A DNA stretch of 64,000 bases from Comamonadaceae bacterium (GCA_947478725.1 CANJWZ010000017.1:5901-69900), one strand, 5' to 3'; counted from the stretch's first letter, positions 47,207 through 57,719 are shown. A program made the numbers and translations. The notes: generated by a model not told the origin, from the letters alone.

Positions 47207-47392
47207 TCAACACCTTTCAAGCAAGTCGCCAAAACCGGGCACGCGGTCGGTCAGGCCCAGCTGGCGCAGCGTGTACCAGTAACAGGCCACGTTGCAGGCA
47301 ATGACGGGCTTGCCCAGCCAGACCGACGCGGTGGCGGCAAATGCGGCGGTGGCGGTGTTGGTGCCGCACTGCACGATGGCATCCACATCGCC
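47207..47392 (-). pseudogene. C-terminal fragment of a maleate isomerase / arylmalonate decarboxylase-like gene
   Basis: GDVDAIVQCGTN...WLGKPVIACNVACYWYTLRQLGLTDRVPGFGDLLERC*; the 5' part is missing at an abrupt change in base composition. Confidence 0.7.
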
Positions 47393-47513
47393 ATATTTTC
47401 TTTTGCTTTAAAACATACCCGCAGATGTATCGAGCAGGACAACCCCTCTTTGGCCAAAGTGCCTTAAGCACCCACCAAAAACATTGCGACGGGAATTCTC
47501 GTTACAAAATTTC

Positions 47514-49091
47514 TCATTCAAACAAACTGGCGAGATTTAATCGGTTTACCTTTCGAGAGGCAGTTTGTGGAATTTCATCCATAGTTATGAAGCGTATCGC
47601 CTGCGGAACTTTGTATGCAGCAAGCTGCGATCTGCAATGAAGAATTAACTCATCTTGATCTAGGCTGGCCCCTTCTTCTAGAACAATAACAGCTGCTACG
47701 ACTTGCTCCCGAATCGGATCAGGAAGGCCCGTCACGAAAGCCTCGCGGACCGCAGGATGTTTTAACAAGACCTCTTCCACTTCAATGGGTGAAACATTAA
47801 TACCCCCCGTCTTCAACATTTCTTTATATCTACCCATAAACACCAGGTAGCCCTCAGCGTCAATTTTTCCTATATCCCCTGTTTTGAAGAAGCCATCCTC
47901 ATCAAAGGAATTAATGGTGCCGACAGGATCCTTGTAATAGCCTTTCATGATTCGGCCGCGCAAGCGAATTTCGCCTATCTCCCCAGGACTAAGGATTTTG
48001 CCGCTTTCTGGCGAGGTGATACGTAACTCAAATCCCGGCATGAGCCGACCATCAGTACTCGCTCGTTTTTCCAAAGTATCCATTGCATCGTGCATTGCGG
48101 CGAAGCCGTGACTCTCGGTCAGGCCATATATTCGTACGCCAAGGGGCATCACCGTTTGCATAAGCTCCAAGCTGACTGCTGGCGCACCAAGCGGAGTACC
48201 TTTGCGTATTGAGGTCAAGTCATAACGATAGCATTCAGGATGTTGAAAAATCGCATGAATGATATTTGCAGTACCCGCAAAAACTGTGCATCGATAGGAC
48301 TGAATCAAATTAAGGCCTTCTATGGCATCAAAGTGTTCCTGTAAAACGATGTGCATTCCATGAGTCCAAGGGCCCAAGAGCATGTTCATGCAACCCATAC
48401 CCCAGAAGAGCGACAAAGGCATGTAGCAGACATCATCTTCATTGAAGTGCAAGCGCACACCTATATCAAACATGTTACCGATCAGGTGTTTGTGAATAAG
48501 CATGACACCCTTAGGACGAGAAGTTGATCCAGAGGTGTACAAAAGATAGGCGACATCTTCGCCAGTAACTTCGTGGTGTAGCTTAAGGATTACATCGTCT
48601 GACACGCTTTTGCCGGACGATAAAAAGGTTTCATAAATTAGGGCATCCTGTGCAGACCGTTTTCCGAGGGTAACAACTTTACGTAATAGTGGAACTGAAT
48701 TCGAATGCGGCTGCATGGCGTCCAGCATCGCTGTGAAGTCGATATTCAGAAAACCATCAGCGCAAAATAGAATGCTCACATCAGATTGGACAAGGACATA
48801 CTCGAGTTCGGTCTTTGTATACCAGGTATTGAGACCTACCATCGTCGCACCTAGGTATTGAGTAGCAAAATTTATTACGAGCCACTCGATACAATTGACC
48901 ATCAGAATGCCGACTTTGTCCCCTCGTCTGACACCCTGAGAATGAAGTGCTTTGGCACAATCAATGGTTAACCGTCTAAACTCCCAAAAAGTCACAGTTC
49001 GACCCTTGAAAGAAACGGCTGCTCGCTTTGGATAACGTTCTGCCATTTCTTCAATTAAAGCAGACAGTGTTTGACTCAAAGGTTCTCTCAT
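47514..49091 (-). CDS. AMP-binding acyl-CoA synthetase
   Basis: YTSGSTSRPKG, YGLTE, KTGD, GRYKEMLKTGGINV, YKVP; TAATG coupling with the upstream gene. Confidence 0.92.
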   Translation of the reverse strand: MREPLSQTLSALIEEMAERYPKRAAVSFKGRTVTFWEFRRLTIDCAKALHSQGVRRGDKVGILMVNCIEWLVINFATQYLGATMVGLNTWYTKTELEYVLVQSDVSILFCADGFLNIDFTAMLDAMQPHSNSVPLLRKVVTLGKRSAQDALIYETFLSSGKSVSDDVILKLHHEVTGEDVAYLLYTSGSTSRPKGVMLIHKHLIGNMFDIGVRLHFNEDDVCYMPLSLFWGMGCMNMLLGPWTHGMHIVLQEHFDAIEGLNLIQSYRCTVFAGTANIIHAIFQHPECYRYDLTSIRKGTPLGAPAVSLELMQTVMPLGVRIYGLTESHGFAAMHDAMDTLEKRASTDGRLMPGFELRITSPESGKILSPGEIGEIRLRGRIMKGYYKDPVGTINSFDEDGFFKTGDIGKIDAEGYLVFMGRYKEMLKTGGINVSPIEVEEVLLKHPAVREAFVTGLPDPIREQVVAAVIVLEEGASLDQDELILHCRSQLAAYKVPQAIRFITMDEIPQTASRKVNRLNLASLFE

Positions 49092-49996
49092 TATTGATTT
49101 CCTTTGCTGCACTGAGCTTTCCAACGAAAGAGTCGGCGAGCGCTTCCACCCAGGACCCAGTCGCGGTCGCTTGGCGATAAAAATGCGTTGTCTTGCACGA
49201 AAGCAAGAAGCTCAGGCCAGGTGGCATCGGACTCTTCATGGCTTGCGTCACTTGCCCAAAGTACTCTGTCTGGGCCAAACGCACCAACTGCACGTAAAAA
49301 CTCTCGATTTTGAGATTCTGATGAGTCTGAAAATCGCCTGAAAGAACGACTCGCGTGACTCCATTTGAGCCAAACATTAGGAAAACGCGCAAGGCCAAGC
49401 ACTAACTGCCACTGTTCAAAATTTCGAGGTAAACCGCAATGGTCTACGACGAACTGAAGACCAACATATTTTTTTGCTACGTATGAAACAAAATCACCAG
49501 CATCTCGCGTGTAGATGCATACAGGAAATTCGTGGAGCTGTGCTAGTTGAAGAACGTTGTCCCAGTCTCCGGTGGTGAATCGATTTCGCTCGTCATCATT
49601 TAATAGGGTTATTCGAATAGCGCGACAACTTGGTGTACTCGCTAGAATCGCGAGCAATTCAGCCAGTTGTGGGTCTAGCCGGTTGACACGCTGCATAAAG
49701 GAAAATCTGTCCGGGTACTGCAGCGAGGCAGCAAGTGCGAGCGCACTTTGGGGTCGGTAACTGCCATTTCTTAATATGACATGCGGTTGCGGAATACCGT
49801 TTTCATCAAAGCCCCAAAGCTCGTCCAGTAATGCGCTGCGTATTCCCAAGCTATCCATAGCCGCTATCAAAAACCCCACATCTTGCTCAATAGAAATGTG
49901 GAGTTGGGCATCCAAGATATTTTGGCCTTCCTGCCCGCCCAATCCTGGCAGCCGTTTAAACTTATTTACCAACTCCATTTGCTCAAAACGCGTCAT
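49091..49996 (-). CDS. Amidohydrolase_2-family protein
   Basis: LDAQLH, VVDHCG, NVWLKWS, FGPDRVLWASD. Confidence 0.8.
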   Translation of the reverse strand: MTRFEQMELVNKFKRLPGLGGQEGQNILDAQLHISIEQDVGFLIAAMDSLGIRSALLDELWGFDENGIPQPHVILRNGSYRPQSALALAASLQYPDRFSFMQRVNRLDPQLAELLAILASTPSCRAIRITLLNDDERNRFTTGDWDNVLQLAQLHEFPVCIYTRDAGDFVSYVAKKYVGLQFVVDHCGLPRNFEQWQLVLGLARFPNVWLKWSHASRSFRRFSDSSESQNREFLRAVGAFGPDRVLWASDASHEESDATWPELLAFVQDNAFLSPSDRDWVLGGSARRLFRWKAQCSKGNQ

Positions 49997-50042
49997 GCTG
50001 CCAGCCAGTCACTAACTCTTCCGTGTTAAAGGCTTTTGAATT

Positions 50043-51026
50043 TCAATCCATTGAAATCCGGCCAGAACGCAAAAGCGCGGTAAAGCGCTCATCCTCACGT
50101 TTCAAGACTTCAGATGCATGCTGTGGGGTTGAAGGTGGTGCAATCGTAATACCGCCAAGAGCCTTGAATCTAGAACCGAACGATTCGCGGGCTATAACCG
50201 TATTTACCGCATTGTTTATATTGCTAACAATATCCGGAGGCGTTCCTTTTGGAGCAGTAACCAAATAATGAATTGGGGCCTCAAATCCTTTTAAGCCCTC
50301 TTCGTCCATCGTCGGAATTTCCGGGTAGGAGGGATCGCGTTTAAGACCTGCTGCTCCGAGGACCTTCAACTTTCCAGCCTTTGCGAATTGAATGGCGCTC
50401 ATCGGAAGAAAACTATAAGTCACTTCGCCGCTTGTCACATCTGGAATAATCATTTGGAATGACTTGTACGGAACATGGACCGACTGCGTCTGAGCCATGT
50501 AATTGAACATTTCAAGGTACATATGCATTGGCGTGCCAACACCAGCGGATGCATACATATACTTTCCCGGGCTAGTCTTTAAGAGAGCAATAAAGTCACG
50601 TAGATTTGCTACGGGGAGGGAATTAGACACACACATCACGGTCGTAATCCAGAGGATGTGCGAAACAGCAGCAAAATCCGTATTTCCATTAAAACCTTGC
50701 GCTTTTAGCAAGCTAGGTGCGATAACGTTCGGCATGGCACTGATCATCAAAGTGTATCCATTTGGGGCGGCACGCGCTAATAAACTGCTGGCTACTATCT
50801 GACTTGCAGATGGACGATTTTCTACGATGACCGGTTGCATAAAGATTGGCGACAGTTCGTCAGCCAAGGCTCTAGCGACGAGATCGGCAACAGTTCCTGG
50901 GGGTAGCGGTACGATAATTGTGATGGGGCGACTTGGGAAGCTTTGAGCGCTCGCAAGGCCATTTGACATTAAGGTAAAAATCGCTAACACCCAAAACAGC
51001 AATCCCCGTTTGACTTTTCCGGACAT
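50043..51026 (-). CDS. Bug/TctC-family solute receptor
   Basis: FPSRPITIIVPLPPG, VENRP, YASAGVGTPMH. Confidence 0.88.
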   Translation of the reverse strand: MSGKVKRGLLFWVLAIFTLMSNGLASAQSFPSRPITIIVPLPPGTVADLVARALADELSPIFMQPVIVENRPSASQIVASSLLARAAPNGYTLMISAMPNVIAPSLLKAQGFNGNTDFAAVSHILWITTVMCVSNSLPVANLRDFIALLKTSPGKYMYASAGVGTPMHMYLEMFNYMAQTQSVHVPYKSFQMIIPDVTSGEVTYSFLPMSAIQFAKAGKLKVLGAAGLKRDPSYPEIPTMDEEGLKGFEAPIHYLVTAPKGTPPDIVSNINNAVNTVIARESFGSRFKALGGITIAPPSTPQHASEVLKREDERFTALLRSGRISMD

Positions 51027-51150
51027 AATTTCCTCCTTTGTTGCACTACAGTAAATGTTGATTAGCAGTACGAGATAAATTTACTTTAAGTCAAGGCACG
51101 CTTGTGTTGGGTTATGGTTGCCATCAGGAAAGGTAATGGGTGCAATTTTT

Positions 51151-52101
51151 ATGGGCTATGAGATAGATTTGACGGATCTTCGAGTGGTGGTCGCGATTGC
51201 TACTCATGGCAGCTATACCCGCGCAGCGCAAAAGTTGGGGGTTTCTCAACCGGCTGTGAGCCGGCGAGTAACATCAATTGAGCAAATGCTTCATGTGAGG
51301 TTGTTCAGAAGTGAGGGCCGAAATTTAGTTCTATCTGAGGCAGGGCTCGCTTTTTGCGATCAAGCTAAGGAGGTTCTTCAATTGATGAAGGAACTTCCAT
51401 TGTCTACTGCAAATTTGTCTCATAACCCAAGCGGAACAGTTGCACTGGGGTTGCCTCCCACTACCGGTGAGCTACTAGCTCCAAAGCTCCTACCGGAATA
51501 CCGATTGGCCTACCCTGACGTATTTGTTCGTCTGGAGCAAGGTTATGTCAACGACCTATTTGAAATGCTGATTGACAAGAGAATTGATGTCGCGCTGCTG
51601 ACGGGGAACTTCAGTTCAGTATCTATCGACATTGAGCCACTCTATGATCACCACATTGGCATTGTCTATCCACTTGCTTGGAGAGAAAAATCTCCGCTGG
51701 ATGGGGGACCGATGCCGAGCAAACTTACTCTATCTGAAGCCGCTCGCCTTCCATTAATACTACAGAGCCCCAACCAAAATACGCGCCAGATAATTGATGC
51801 GGCGTTCAGAGCCGGCGGACTCAAACCCAATGTAGTGATGGAAGTAAATAGCTTCATTCTTCAAAAAAGTCTGGTGATGCCTGAGATCGGCTGTATGTTC
51901 ATGTCAAGAGCAGCTGTTACACAGGCTGACCGCTCCAGGCTAGGGTTCGCTCCCATATCAGACGCACCAATGATTTATTCAGTTTCTATAGCAACCAGGA
52001 AAACTGGCCAGCCTACCCTTGCGGCAAAGTTGATGATTCAAATGATAAAACGGCATATGGTGCAGGTATCCAAATATTACGAGCAGCTTGTGGTTGGCTG
52101 A
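51151..52101 (+). CDS. LysR-family regulator
   Basis: HTH GSYTRAAQKLGVSQPAVSRRV; start could be 51136; divergent from the Bug gene. Confidence 0.92.
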   Translation: MGYEIDLTDLRVVVAIATHGSYTRAAQKLGVSQPAVSRRVTSIEQMLHVRLFRSEGRNLVLSEAGLAFCDQAKEVLQLMKELPLSTANLSHNPSGTVALGLPPTTGELLAPKLLPEYRLAYPDVFVRLEQGYVNDLFEMLIDKRIDVALLTGNFSSVSIDIEPLYDHHIGIVYPLAWREKSPLDGGPMPSKLTLSEAARLPLILQSPNQNTRQIIDAAFRAGGLKPNVVMEVNSFILQKSLVMPEIGCMFMSRAAVTQADRSRLGFAPISDAPMIYSVSIATRKTGQPTLAAKLMIQMIKRHMVQVSKYYEQLVVG

Positions 52102-52111
52102 TACGCGTGCC

Positions 52112-52128
52112 TGCATTACCGCAATGCA
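52112..52128. promoter_or_regulatory. Palindromic LysR-type box upstream of the OB-fold/thiolase operon
   Basis: TGCATT-ACCGC-AATGCA, contains T-N11-A. Confidence 0.45.
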
Positions 52129-52229
52129 TGCCAGATATAAACATCAACGCAGCTTATTGGTAATAAAGTTCTCCTGAATGATAGAGTTTTGTCCAACAGA
52201 ATTTCGAATTGGACCAAGGAGAGCTTTAA

Positions 52230-52661
52230 ATGACTGCCACCCCAACACTGCAAAGTGGACTTTTCAAATTTGGAGCCGATGGACTACCACACCTGCTCGC
52301 CAATTTTTGTAGCCAATGTGACTTAGTCTTTTTTCCAAGCCGCGTTTTCTGCGGGCGTTGCAGTTCATCAGAGCTGACAAGTCTGAATCTATCCCGTTTT
52401 GGCAAAGTTCATAGCTTCAGCTTTATTGATCGAAAACCGACTTACGCCGTGATCGATGCACCCTACATTCAGGCAGAGGTAAAAATGCCAGAAGGAGTCA
52501 GTGTTTTTACTGTACTTGACCATTGTTCGTTAAATGATGTTTTCGTCGGACTTGAGGTGGAAATCTATGTGGATGAAGTGAATTCACCCAAAAGTCAGGG
52601 CAAAGTGCTGGCTTACAAATTCAGACCTGCCTCGGTTCATTCAACTGAGGAGGTCAAATGA
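52230..52661 (+). CDS. Zn-ribbon/OB-fold (DUF35/ChsH2-like) protein
   Basis: CSQC...CGRC zinc ribbon, then an OB fold; ATGA overlap with the thiolase. Confidence 0.88.
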   Translation: MTATPTLQSGLFKFGADGLPHLLANFCSQCDLVFFPSRVFCGRCSSSELTSLNLSRFGKVHSFSFIDRKPTYAVIDAPYIQAEVKMPEGVSVFTVLDHCSLNDVFVGLEVEIYVDEVNSPKSQGKVLAYKFRPASVHSTEEVK

Positions 52662-53824
52662 AACGCGAAGTCGTTGTCAGTGGCATCGGTATCCATCCAT
52701 TCGGCAAGTGGCCGAACAAGTCCACTTTTGACCTAACTGAGGTCGCGATCACCGGTGCAATGAGGGATGCGAACGTACAGTTTAGTGAGGTTCAAGCAGC
52801 CTATCTAGGTGCCGAATTCGCCGGCTTTTTCGATGCCAGAATGATTATCCAACGCTTTGGCTGGACCGGCATTCCAGTAAGCCAAATGCAGCAAGCCTGT
52901 GCGAGTGGTTCTGCAGCTTTTCGCGAGGCCTATCAGGCCATTGAGTTAGGACGCTATGACACTATTCTGGTGGTCGGGTATGAGAAGATGGACAGCGGTG
53001 GCCTGATACCCGGTGGCAACCCGGCACTTGATCACGAGTACCACCTGCATCACATGGGCCTTGCCGTAACGCCAGCCCGAATTGCCATGTCACTTCAGCA
53101 CAGGATGCAAACCTATGGCGAGACTCCTGAAATGCTTGCTGTCGAAGCAGCACAGGCTTATGAGTATGGCTGGCACAATCCAAATGCGCAGCGCCGGATG
53201 CAAGTAACAGTTGAAGATGTCTTGTCTTCTCCTGTCATTTGTTCACCACTAACGAAATTGATGTGCTGCCCAAATAGTAGCGGCTCGGCCGCAGTGATAA
53301 TTACGACGCGGGAAAAAGCACAGTCACATGGCAGCGCGCCACGTGCAATCACAATAGCTGGACATGCAGCTGGCACACCAGATTCAACTGAATTAATGGG
53401 TGGCCCCGGTGCTCATATTGGCGGAGACTATCGCTCGGGATTTCTGACTAAGCGCGTAACTGCGCAAGCCTATGAAGCCGCTGGAATCGGGCCAGAAGAT
53501 GTGGATGTAGTGCAGTGCCATGCTCCATTTGCAGGTGGTGGAATCGTCTGCGCCGAGGCACTCGGCTTCTGTGCCGTTGGCGAAGGGGGGCGTTTCTTTC
53601 TCGAAGGACACGCTCGACTTGAAGGCAAGACACCGTTTAATACTGATGGTGGACTTCTGTCCCGCGGCCACCCACTGGGAGCGACAGGCATCGCTGAGAT
53701 TTACGAGCTGGTCCGCCAGTTGCGAGGGGAAGCCGGGGTATTGCAAGTTCCCAACCAACCCAAGGTCGCGCTTGCACACAACACTGGTCTCGGCTCTCTT
53801 AACACCCACATTTTAAAGAGGTGA
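52658..53824 (+). CDS. SCP2-type (non-classical) thiolase
   Basis: QACASG, CCPNSSGSAA, GGLLSRGHPLGATG, AHNTG. Confidence 0.88.
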   Translation: MKREVVVSGIGIHPFGKWPNKSTFDLTEVAITGAMRDANVQFSEVQAAYLGAEFAGFFDARMIIQRFGWTGIPVSQMQQACASGSAAFREAYQAIELGRYDTILVVGYEKMDSGGLIPGGNPALDHEYHLHHMGLAVTPARIAMSLQHRMQTYGETPEMLAVEAAQAYEYGWHNPNAQRRMQVTVEDVLSSPVICSPLTKLMCCPNSSGSAAVIITTREKAQSHGSAPRAITIAGHAAGTPDSTELMGGPGAHIGGDYRSGFLTKRVTAQAYEAAGIGPEDVDVVQCHAPFAGGGIVCAEALGFCAVGEGGRFFLEGHARLEGKTPFNTDGGLLSRGHPLGATGIAEIYELVRQLRGEAGVLQVPNQPKVALAHNTGLGSLNTHILKR

Positions 53825-53828
53825 GTAA

Positions 53829-54641
53829 ATGAATTTGAATCTTCAAGGCAAGAACGCCTTGGTCACAGGAGCTGGACAAGGGGTTGGCAGACGTATAGCA
53901 ATGGAGTTGGCTGGTGAAGGATGCAATGTAATTGTGAACGACTTATTCCAGGACCGAGCCAATAATGTGGCGCAAGAAATACTTGAATCAGGATACGTTG
54001 CTCTTGCATTGCAAACCGACATTTGCGACCCTATCCAGGTTGCCTCAATGTTTGCCAAGTCTCGCGATGCCTTTGGGCCAATCGACATCCTGATAAACAA
54101 TGCAGGTGTTCCACCACAAATCCGGGATGGAACCGCCGGGCGGCCAATGTTCATCAGCAGCACAGTTCTAGAGCAACAAGAGATGGTTAATCTTAATGTG
54201 CACGGAACCATGCACTGCTGCAGAGAAGCGCTACCTGACATGGTAGCGAGGCGCAACGGCAGGATTGTTAATATTATTTCTGAAGCGGGACGTGCTGGTG
54301 AGCCAAGGCTAGCGATCTATTCGGGCGCAAAGGCGGCGATCCTAGGATTCTCGATGGCGCTCGCGCGAGAACTTGGTCCTGAAGCAATCACCGTGAACTG
54401 TATTGCCTTAGGGGCAACAGAGCATGAAGGAATTAAAAGTGGCCCGCTCAATCCCTCCGCTGGGCCAGAGTTCGACGAGCAACGCGCTAAGATTTTTAAA
54501 TCGTATCCAGCTGCGCAGGGTTTAGGTCGACTCTGTAGTCCAGAAGATGTTTCTGCTGCAGTAGCATTCTTGGTTTCGTCGCGGGCGGCCTTCATCACAG
54601 GTCAGAGTCTTGGTGTCAGCGGCGGTTTTCATATGCAGTAA
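53829..54641 (+). CDS. Short-chain dehydrogenase/reductase
   Basis: TGAGQGVG, NNAG, YSGAK. Confidence 0.92.
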   Translation: MNLNLQGKNALVTGAGQGVGRRIAMELAGEGCNVIVNDLFQDRANNVAQEILESGYVALALQTDICDPIQVASMFAKSRDAFGPIDILINNAGVPPQIRDGTAGRPMFISSTVLEQQEMVNLNVHGTMHCCREALPDMVARRNGRIVNIISEAGRAGEPRLAIYSGAKAAILGFSMALARELGPEAITVNCIALGATEHEGIKSGPLNPSAGPEFDEQRAKIFKSYPAAQGLGRLCSPEDVSAAVAFLVSSRAAFITGQSLGVSGGFHMQ

Positions 54642-54648
54642 GCGGTTT

Positions 54649-55644
54649 TCAATGATTAGAACTACCGACTAAGCGCAGAGTTTCAACGATCAATTCCGCT
54701 ACCTCAATTGTTCCAGCCGCAAGTCTCCTCTTACGATCCGCATCAGATCTTTCAAAGGGTATACGGACTGGTGTGGATGAATCCATTGGGCGCGATTCAC
54801 GCACGGTTGCTGCGAAAGCGGATACGCGATTGCAAAAGTCTTCTGCCCCTCCAAAAAGTTCTGGGTCAATCACCACGATAAAGAACCCGCAGTCTGCCAA
54901 TAGCTCCTCGGAGTTGATTTGTCCTGCGAGCATTGCAAGAAGCTGTATTGAAAGCGCTAGTCCTGAACCCCTTGCCCCCCCCCAAACTGCCAAGGCCCCC
55001 TTTAATGCTTCACCAGGGTCGACTGTGGGACTACCATCAATATCGAACGCAACACCCTCTGGCAGGGGCTTTCCAAGCCTCCAGCTTAGAAGTACCTCAG
55101 CGTGCGCAATAGCTGAAGTTCCGATATCCCAAATGACTGGTGTTCCTTTTGAAGGAAAGCCAAACCCAATCGGATTCGTGCAGAATTTTCGATCAGTGCC
55201 GCCAAACGGCGCCACAAATGGGCCGCCACTCCCAGCAATCATGCCAACTAACCCTCTTCTAGTAACCATTTCCAAATAGTAGGAGAACATGCCCGTACAC
55301 CAAGTATTGGATGCGCCGACAGCTGAAATTCCGGAGCTTTGCGCTTTTGAAATTGCTATTTCCGTAGCGTGGCGAGCGACAAGATACCCGACCTGGTTGC
55401 CGCCGTCAAATTGTGCGCTGATGGCTGACTCGCGAAGCAATTCGATCGGTCGGCGCTGCCGGGACATTGCTTTTATCTGCTCAGTAATGAAGATAGCACG
55501 TGCCAAGCCGCCGTAATCCAGACCCCGCAGTTCGCAGTCAATGAGGTGATCGGCTATGATTTTAGCGTCGGCATTCGTATGACTCACAGCAATCATTGCG
55601 CTTTCAACAAGCCGCCGAGCCTCATGGATGGTGAGGGTAATCAT
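54649..55644 (-). CDS. Ldh_2 (malate/L-lactate/sulfolactate dehydrogenase family) oxidoreductase
   Basis: FDGGNQVG, TNPIGFGFP, WDIGTS, GGARGSGLAL. Confidence 0.85.
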   Translation of the reverse strand: MITLTIHEARRLVESAMIAVSHTNADAKIIADHLIDCELRGLDYGGLARAIFITEQIKAMSRQRRPIELLRESAISAQFDGGNQVGYLVARHATEIAISKAQSSGISAVGASNTWCTGMFSYYLEMVTRRGLVGMIAGSGGPFVAPFGGTDRKFCTNPIGFGFPSKGTPVIWDIGTSAIAHAEVLLSWRLGKPLPEGVAFDIDGSPTVDPGEALKGALAVWGGARGSGLALSIQLLAMLAGQINSEELLADCGFFIVVIDPELFGGAEDFCNRVSAFAATVRESRPMDSSTPVRIPFERSDADRKRRLAAGTIEVAELIVETLRLVGSSNH

Positions 55645-55812
55645 GTCATCTCCATGAATGAGTCTAAGTCACTCAACTTTAGTACGACGTTGACTACTCA
55701 GCAAGCATCACCAAGTTATAACTATCATCAATCACGGACATGTTGATATCAAATTTTTATTGTGAGCTGCCCACCCTGCCGTACCCAAACGATGGAACAA
55801 GGCCTGCTTGTT

Positions 55813-56193
55813 TTAGAGAATATCGCCTATGTCCGAGACTGGGGCAGTCTCAGTGAAAGGTGGGGACGCATCGCGAACAGGGTCGTTCAAATCTTCTGGT
55901 TCAAACTTGTCAGTGCGGTGCGATTCACGTAGTTTGTAATCAGCCAAAACCAACTGATTGAAGTTATTCTTTTTTTGAAATAGGTCAGGCAGGTGAGGCC
56001 TGACATAGATCGCCCCCTTTTTATCCGCGCCAAGATTGGCCCAGTAGCCTCGTGGAGGTTTCGGCACCAATTGCTCATTGGACATCTTGCCAAGCATCAG
56101 ATCAAAGATACCCAAGTCATTGGCTACATGCGCCATGGGCTTGGACCAAACCAATTCGTACAGTGCTTCGCGGCTGATATTCTTTGCCGCGGT
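55813..56193 (-). pseudogene. Truncated hypothetical protein with an HTH-like N-terminus at the island edge
   Basis: ISREALYELVWSKPMAHVANDLGI...VPKPPRGYW; no in-frame start codon, and the reading ends early. Confidence 0.45.
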
Positions 56194-56516
56194 TCACTTT
56201 CTTAAACAAACAAAAAATCCGTTTAAAAAATATTTTTCTCATACGGAACAACGGCTTATAGGTCATGGGCGTGCTTGCGCTCGAAGCGCTGATCAACATT
56301 GAACATCGCGCAGCGCGCCGGCAGCATGCGTGACAGCGTCGCAGCAACTGGCCGCGACCCTGTCACGCGCTGAGGGCATGCCCTGCGCGTAAAGCGCCCT
56401 GAATTGGCGCATGGCCCGCATCAAATCCGGGCATCCTTTTTGCTTTAGATTGGTGCGTAAAAGCCTAATATGGACTTTACGCACCAAAATTAATCAAAAC
56501 CGAATGAGAGACTTCA

Positions 56517-57719
56517 ATGGAAGCACTGAAACAGGGCGCGGATACGCTTTTTATTTTGTTGGGCGGCGTCATGGTGTTGGCCATGCACGCAGGGTTTGCC
56601 TTTTTAGAGCTGGGAACGGTCCGAAAAAAAAACCAGGTGAATGCCTTGGTCAAAATTCTGGTGGACTTTTCGGTGTCCGCCGTGATGTATTTTGTGATCG
56701 GCTACAGCGTGGCCTATGGCACGACCTTTTTTGTCGGCGCCGAGCAATTGGCCGCCAAAAATGGCTATGAGTTGGTCAAGTTCTTTTTCTTATTGACCTT
56801 TGCGGCCGCCATACCGGCCATCATTTCTGGCGGCATTGCCGAGCGCGCCAAGTTTTGGCCTCAGTTGATCGCCACGGCGGTGATTGTGGGCTTTGTCTAT
56901 CCCTTCTTTGAGGGCATTGCGTGGAACCAGCACTTTGGCGTTCAGGCTTGGATCAAGGCCTTCACAGGCGACGAGTTCCATGACTTTGCCGGCTCGGTGG
57001 TGGTGCACGCGGTGGGCGGTTGGATTGCTTTGCCTGCGGTGGTGTTGCTGGGCGCACGTTACAACCGTTACCGCAAAGACGGCCAGGTGTCGGCGCATCC
57101 CCCATCGAGCATCCCGTTCCTTGCCTTGGGCGCCTGGATTTTGATCGTGGGCTGGTTCGGCTTTAACGTCATGAGCGCGCAGACTTTGGACAAGATTTCG
57201 GGCTTGGTCGCCGTCAACTCCTTGATGGCCATGGCCGGTGGCACGATCACCGCTTTGCTGATGGGCAAGAACGACCCCGGTTTTGTGCACAACGGGCCCC
57301 TGGCGGGCTTGGTGGCGGTGTGTGCAGGCTCTGACTTGATGCATCCTTTGGGTGCGCTGTTGGTGGGCTGCATCGCCGGCGCTTTGTTTGTGGTCATGTT
57401 CACCTTGACGCAAAACAAATGGAAAATTGACGATGTGTTGGGCGTCTGGCCCTTGCATGGTTTGTGCGGCACTTGGGGCGGCATTGCAGCGGGTATTTTT
57501 GGCAGCAAGTCCTTGGGAGGCTTGGGTGGCGTGAACCTGACTGCGCAACTGATGGGCACCGCCCTGGGCGTGGCTTGGGCGCTGCTGGGTGGGCTGGTGG
57601 TCTACGGCACCCTGAAATGGACCATGGGCATCAAGATGAGCGCTGACGAAGAATACGAGGGCGCCGACCTCACGGTGCACAAGATCAGCGCCACGCCAGA
57701 CCGTGAAGTGAGTTGGTAG
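56517..57719 (+). CDS. amt: Ammonium transporter (Amt family)
   Basis: MHAGFAFLELG, SGGIAER, DFAGSVVVH, GWFGFN, PLHG. Confidence 0.92.
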   Translation: MEALKQGADTLFILLGGVMVLAMHAGFAFLELGTVRKKNQVNALVKILVDFSVSAVMYFVIGYSVAYGTTFFVGAEQLAAKNGYELVKFFFLLTFAAAIPAIISGGIAERAKFWPQLIATAVIVGFVYPFFEGIAWNQHFGVQAWIKAFTGDEFHDFAGSVVVHAVGGWIALPAVVLLGARYNRYRKDGQVSAHPPSSIPFLALGAWILIVGWFGFNVMSAQTLDKISGLVAVNSLMAMAGGTITALLMGKNDPGFVHNGPLAGLVAVCAGSDLMHPLGALLVGCIAGALFVVMFTLTQNKWKIDDVLGVWPLHGLCGTWGGIAAGIFGSKSLGGLGGVNLTAQLMGTALGVAWALLGGLVVYGTLKWTMGIKMSADEEYEGADLTVHKISATPDREVSW

